A DNA stretch of 61,045 bases, the filler included. It is 10 parts of 10 records of this genome, joined end to end, with 100 filler letters (N's around TTAATTAATTAA, not from the genome) between each part and the next. Parts side by side here need not be neighbours in the genome. Positions count along the whole stretch, not along the records: positions 55,223 to 61,045 come from SRR7504441_11454; 9 more parts are not named here. The stretch is one strand, 5' to 3'. Shown one piece after another: positions 55,223 through 61,045 of the stretch. The stretch's first letter is position 1; each line of letters starts with the position of its first letter. The notes under the pieces are model-generated. The model made no database searches. It worked only from the letters and a program-made list of their open reading frames with translations, and was not told the origin of the DNA. A program made the translations under genes and the position numbers.

Positions 55223-57365
55223 TGGTAAAAACAAGCTAACCAATTCGGAGGCAACCCAGTTGGTCACCGTATTCAAGTTGCCCGAAGGTACAAACCTTAT
55301 GGACAGATATGGGGTGGCCGACAGCAGTGGGGTCCTGCACATTCCACTGAAATCGCCGGCGCCGACTGCAGAATGCAGCGCAGAGCTGTCGGCGAGCAAG
55401 GGCTTCCACAGGCTGATCGCTGAAATGGGCGGGGCTACAAGCCTGCCCTACATCTTTATCAACGATGCAGTTGCTTCTGGTGTGCTGGGATTGATTACTG
55501 GCATCGACCTCCTTGCAATGTATGGCCTTTCAACTCGTGATAAAGATCAGGCCAGCAACTGGGCCAAGCAAGAAGGCAGCCTGTGGGCAATTGTTCTCTC
55601 GCAGGCAGCGATGGCTCTTTGCGTTCTCAATGGGAGCTCGAGCTGGTTAGCTGAGGCTATTCACTGTGAAGACGAGTCAGTCACACAGTTTTTATCTGAT
55701 GGGCTGAATCAGGCAGGGTTGGTTCTTCTCCTTTATGTCATGATCCACCTTGTTCTGCGCACCTACTCTCACAAATTCGACAATCTTAAGATTTTGTGGC
55801 AAAAGCTCAACGAAAGGATTCTCTCGCGCTCTGAAAACGGTTCATCCTCGATGGATGAGTATGAGCAGCGTGGTGAGGACACTGCGCTGCTTGATGTGAC
55901 CCTTAGCGTGATGGACTTAATACGCGCAAAGTTGGAGAAGGTAGCACCAATTGAGTGGCAGTTTACGGACCCCAACAGTCGCATTGAACATTGGGCCTCG
56001 TTGCATGATTCCCTGACTGGGGGCAAGGGGGCACGCCAAGAGACCATTGCCCGAATCGACAACGCCTGGAAGTCATCGCAGCTCCGACCGAGCGGCTCCG
56101 TGCACGGCAGACCAATCTATACTGTATTTGCAGAGTGCGAAAATAACAGCCACGGCCGGTCGTTTGACCTAGAGGGCAACTTCCTCCGACCTGGTGGTGT
56201 TGAGCTCCGGTTGCAACGGATAGCTGCACGAGATAAGCAGCTCGAGGAGTGGCAACTGTGGGTGCAAGCGAAAGGCATCAGTGTTTTAGGCATCCTTGCT
56301 CCATACGCACAGCAGGCCTCTGATATTGCAGAAACAGTTGGCACGCTGATGTTGGATATTGAAACCAAGCTGATGGAGCGCCGTGAGGAATTTGAGCAGG
56401 AGTCCAGCCACAGCAAGCTAGCACCTGCAGACATAGCCGGACAAGACCGGGCCAGTGTGGCGATTGTGGTACTACAAGAAGCCAAATGGCGACTCAAAGT
56501 TGCCAAGGCACCTTCGGTTGTCCGTTGCCTACTCCTCTACTGCCTCACGTGTGTATTGGCTCCCCGTCAGGAGGGCTCAGTAATGGCTCGTGATGTTGAT
56601 CTCCGCCGGTTGCTGTTCACGTGTGTACAAGACCTGATCGGAGTAGGTCTGCACCGCACATTGGAGGAATCCAACGCTAGAGGAATCCAGCGAGCATTAG
56701 TCGAACTGGCTGAAATTTATGCAAAGGATTTTGCGGAAGACATCCAGCATCTGCCTGAATTACTGCTCAGGCCAAGTATCACAGCCCTTGCAGATATGGC
56801 AGATTGCATCGAGCTCTTCACTGGCTGGGAGCTGGCCTGGGACGGCAGCCAAGTACGGGTGCACCCAGAGGATATTGCAGCAGAGACTGCGATGCTGTGG
56901 ATTCAGCCAGGTGGTAGAAAGGACCAGCTACGGATGGTCTGCAGGCAGCTCGAGGAGTTGTACAAGGGCCCGTACCGACCTGCTGCCAAGTTGCTTTCCG
57001 TGGCGTCACAGCTACTCAACTGTGCCTTGGATGTAGAATATACAGACTCGGCCGCGGCTTTGGTCGACGATCTGAGCGTCAGCATGCAGGCGCAAACTGA
57101 CATGTTGCGACAGGGGCTCACACGACTGATAAGCTGGGTATCGGCTGTGGACCTCACTGGAATCAGGCGGACCCGGGCGCTGGCCCGTTGCAAGAATCTG
57201 AGCTCAGAGTCAATTGAAACGCCGTGCGAACAAACAAGACCATCGCCGCAGGCTGAAGCACGTGTGAACATTGGTTATGCATTCCATGACGTCATTGAAA
57301 ATGAGGACGACGAGTCTACGGATAGGGACTTTAGCATGCTAGATGAAGACGACTTCGTATTTTAG
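55223..57365 (+). CDS. C-terminal ~700 aa of a large, mostly helical protein of unknown function (5' truncated)
   Basis: Uninterrupted ORF from the contig edge to TAG 57365, acidic tail, AT-rich 3' region. No motif recognised. Confidence 0.7.
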
Positions 57366-57590
57366 TTCTACATGATTGTGCTCAAAATTTCAAATCCAGA
57401 GGTCACGATTTAAAACTCATTTATTACACAGTAGCTACGTATATATACGATCGCGAGTACGCAATACGTCGGTGAACATCGGTACATGATTGCAATTGTA
57501 CGGTACATGTAGTAAGTGTACTGAAAATTATCGAGGGATCGAACTGAGTGGTGAAGTCATCTGGCGGCCTTGTCTAAACTGAACTCATCT

Positions 57591-58070
57591 TCACTCGTAG
57601 AAACGCCCACACTCGAAGAAGTCGTGTAGGTCCTTCCACTCGAATGAAGAGGCCCCCTCGCCGCCGGCCAGCTCACGAGTACCATCGTCGCCGAAGGCCC
57701 CAGCACAGCCGCATTCGATGTAGTCTTCGATCCCGAAATTGCACCACGTTGTCTCGCCGTCCGAATCCTTGACGCCGTAAGAGCGGAACTGATTGTCATA
57801 CACGCCGTCCGCTGCCAGGCCGGCCAGAACTCGCAGCTGGTCCTTCAGCACGGAGTCTCCCTGCTCGTCGAGGTGCCCGGCTGCAGCAGCTGCCGGGTCT
57901 GTCGCGCTGCGCTGCAGCATCTTCAGCAGTGATTCGAAGGGGATCTTCGTGTCCTCACCGGCGTAGTCCAGCAGCAGCATCCGCAGGGATCCGAGGAAAC
58001 GGAGGAGCGTGACACTGTCGTCCGCGACCCGGATCGCGCACGCCGCCTCGACGAACCCGGGCAGGTCCAT
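57591..58070 (-). CDS. Small intronless acidic protein resembling bacterial 'W...YE-terminal' hypothetical (immunity-like) proteins
   Basis: ATG 58070 MDLPGF...; WCNFGIEDYIECGCAG...FEWKDLHDFFECGRFYE-stop. Confidence 0.65.
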   Translation of the reverse strand: MDLPGFVEAACAIRVADDSVTLLRFLGSLRMLLLDYAGEDTKIPFESLLKMLQRSATDPAAAAAGHLDEQGDSVLKDQLRVLAGLAADGVYDNQFRSYGVKDSDGETTWCNFGIEDYIECGCAGAFGDDGTRELAGGEGASSFEWKDLHDFFECGRFYE

Positions 58071-58310
58071 ACCTCGTGGCTGGCGATGAGCCGTCTCCGT
58101 CTCTGCGCCCACGGCCGGCGGCCCGGTCAGTGCAAGGAGTGCGGCGGGAGTGAGCTCTGTCACGTCGGCGCCCAACGGAAGGAATCGTGGTGCCAGCTGC
58201 AGTTGCGAATGTTGTGCGGTTGTTGCGTGGTTTCACAAAGGCAGTGCTCATCTAGTGCTCATCCAATACAATAGACTAGTAATACAATAGTCACCCGATA
58301 GGACTGCCGA

Positions 58311-58372
58311 CGCTAGCCGTACGCTATGCTAGCCGTACTCTAGCCGGACTCTAGCCGGACGCGCTCGGACTG
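58311..58372. repeat. Short intergenic tandem repeat (~11-nt CTAGCCG(T/G)AC(T/G) units)
   Basis: cgctagccgtacg...ctagccgtact-ctagccggact-ctagccggacg. Confidence 0.7.
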
Positions 58373-58499
58373 AGAGCCACCAGGGACAAAGGCACCCGCC
58401 GCCGGAGGGAGCCATGTATACGTACGTATGAGTCCTGTTGCAACGGATACGTATTGTACAATAGGCCACGTACGTACGAGATGCTCAAATCACATGAAA

Positions 58500-61009
58500 T
58501 CACAAAGTATTCGATTCATCCAAGTCTACCAGTTCTTCATCATAATAGATGAACGCCGCTATAATGTACCTGCAAAATCTCACAATCAGCATACCACCAG
58601 CATAGCACTAGGCATTTTTGCGCAACGGCCTAGTACTGCCGACTACCGTTTGCCCGATGAGATCGACCCGCCGCCATGCAATACGCTTCCGGGAAACGCA
58701 AGCACCTGGCGGTCGGTCAGAGGGGCGAGTTGGCGGACCCACGTGGCCACATTCCACCCGCACTGCGCGCTCTAGCTCTTGAATCAGGGTGCCACCGCCT
58801 TCATACCTGTGCAGCGTGTCAGCAGCCGCGCATCCATGACTGGGCTACTCATCGCCTGAATTGAGCGAAATAGTGAAACTAAACTCAGATTGGTCCGTGT
58901 GTATCGGGAGCGAGCTGCAAGCGAAGCACTCAGGCCCAGCCTCGGAAGTGCGCACCGCTGACCCTTGGCGGCATCATATTTGACAATGAAGGCATCATGA
59001 ACTCGCAGTGCCTGCGGATGTGTGATGGTCTCGCTGAACTGCTCTGTCAGCAGAGGAAACAGCGTGCTCAGCAAGGCTTGGTTAAACCATTCCAGCACGG
59101 CTGGCAGCGCGTGCACCGCGACATCCGTTGTCGGCACTGAATAGTGCCTCTGTGTGGCCCAGTCGGTGCCACAGGCCTCCTCGGCCTCGCTCACAACCCA
59201 GCTGCACACTTCAGACTCAAACACAAAACTGTCTGAAACTGCGATGTGTAGCCCTTCTCCGACCGGGACACAGCTGCAGCTGGGCGCGCTCCCGCTATGG
59301 CCCGGATCCCTATCTAAATGCGCGTAGCTTGACACGGCCAGCCGATCCAGTAAGCATTTCTCCGGCCCAAATTGGTCGAGTGCCTGCTCCAGCAGACCAT
59401 ACCCCGCCACCCACGCCCCCTGATTCATCTTGGCGGTCGAAAGCGCCAGAACGTCTTCCACAATCGCATCTCCGGAATCGATCAACAAGCCGAGCGCCTC
59501 CTCAGCGTCCACGTAGCGCTCCTCGTCATTCGCCACAGCAGCGTACCGACGGACTGCGCCAGCCCAGTCTGCAGCTAACGGGCTGTAGACGCCGGTCCGC
59601 ATCTGCAACTGGCACTTGGAGCAGCTGCACTCGAAGAGATACTCGGACAACTCGGCCCTCCGCTCCTCGCAGCCCAGCGAAGTCTCAGTGTAGCTGATGA
59701 GCAGCTCCTGCCCTCAGCCTCTCGCCCAGCTCCAGGCTAGACCCGACCTGGTCTGGTTCGATGTCTCTCAGTGCGAAGGCGGTTGCAGTGAGCGGCTCGT
59801 CCGACCGGACTGAATCGAACGCGACCATCACGTTCGGGCAGCACGAGTGATTCATAGAACACACCTGCCCCGCCCTCCCGTCGGCTGCCTAGGCCGAACT
59901 GACCAGCTCGAAAAGTCCGGAGCCCTCAAATCCTGGCTGGACCGCCTGCAGCCCACGTTAGCGACCCCGGGGAGCCGAGCGTCACCTCTATGGGTAGCCG
60001 GCACAGCGCGAGTCCCGGTGGAAGGTCCCGACACGTTTCAAGCCACCCTTGCAGCAGCACCGCCGCGTCATCCTCGTCCTCGTATTCGTCCTCATCTTCC
60101 GAGTTGGGTGCATCATCCACAGCCGCTTCCCCGACGATTGCTTCGGCGCAGGGTATCAGCCCGGTCACTAGCTGGGCTTGCTCCTTAGAATCCGACCGGA
60201 CGAGCGCCCGCTTCACTAACGCACCCAGCGGCGACGCGGCCTGGGCTTCGATCCGGTTCAAGTGGAACGCGCTCACGATCCGACCGTACCATTCCAGATC
60301 CAGCGGCAGCGGTCCGACCCGTTCCTCGAGCCCCGCCTGCACCCGGCTGAGTGCCTGCCGCACGGCAGAGAACGGCCTGCAGGAACTCCCACGACTGCGT
60401 GGTCTCCTCGAGCTTGATCTCGGCCGCCTCCTGGTCGCCGATCGGCAGGTCCCACCACGCCAGCCCGCCGTCGGTGAACTGGGCCCACCGCTGGAGCTCC
60501 CCGGCCTGATCTGGGCTGGACATTATGCCCGCGGCCACCCTGGCCGCCAGCAGGAAGACTTCGTTAGTCTGGACTGCGTGCAGCTTGTGCAGGTAGAGCG
60601 GGTGCTCCTCCGACAGCTCGCTCACGCATAGCAGCGCGTGCCCGGCCTCGGCAGCGGCCGCCCGGCAGGCCTTGCTGCAGTAGGACTCCCCACAGCTGCA
60701 GTACACCGCAACCCCGCCCGGCAGCTCGGGCAGCACCGGCTGGTAGCCTGTCCGCCGGCACAGCTGCGCGCCCACCGTACCGATCGCCCGGAGACAGTGC
60801 CGGCAGGCCTCGAGTCCCGGCAGGCTCTCGAGCGACTGGAAGGCGACGGCCGGCCGCTCCGAGAAGATCACCTGCCTTCGGTTCGGCGGGCCGGTACCCG
60901 GGCGGCGCGCCTCCCCGCGAGCCACTGCGGCCCGGCTGAACAGCCCTGTCCCGTAGGGCGACGGACCCCGCCGCACTCGCGCTGCCGGAGAGCCGGGCTC
61001 GCTCTCCAT
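58500..61009 (-). CDS. SMYD-type SET-MYND lysine methyltransferase fused to a TPR-like segment and a PLOD-type 2OG-Fe(II) oxygenase (multi-exon)
   Basis: GTGLFS, CRHC..CSCGESYCSKACR..H (MYND), MNHSCCPN, ELLISY, FECSCSKC (post-SET). Then WATQRHYSVPTTD, FIVKYD, HTD..SFTISLN, HGG..ISSGKRYI. TGA ends at 58500. Confidence 0.85.
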
Positions 61010-61045
61010 TGGCGCGTTCTGATGGTGGCGGGGGCACCGCTGGAC

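Overview
This is eukaryotic (protist-like) genomic DNA, not prokaryotic. Ten unrelated contigs are joined by artificial 100-nt N44-TTAATTAATTAA-N44 linkers, so gene neighbourhoods are only meaningful within a contig. Genes are densely packed, often as head-to-head pairs 50-170 bp apart. Most contain many very short (about 38-50 nt) spliceosomal introns with degenerate donors, frequently GC-AG, which explain the fragmented ORF track. Recognisable genes: Mps1/TTK kinase, two LRR proteins, eEF2, an Asp-box sialidase-like/LamG protein ending in a PTS1 (AKL), an HI0933-family flavoprotein, a TPT-family transporter, an ankyrin protein, a FYVE protein, lipoyl synthase (11 introns), a TALE-like homeodomain protein, a TRIP12/Ufd4-like HECT E3 ligase and a SET-MYND/2OG-oxygenase fusion. 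The standout is an intronless ~1,900-aa ORF (17389-23127). It fuses a T4 Rnl1-type RNA ligase, a HAD nucleotidase, a DEDDy 3'-5' exonuclease, a 2H phosphoesterase, an R3H domain, a P-loop polynucleotide kinase and a giant-virus-type AEP primase-polymerase. It is a candidate single-chain trim/heal/fill/seal RNA-repair enzyme. All calls come from motif reading by eye; no searches were run.
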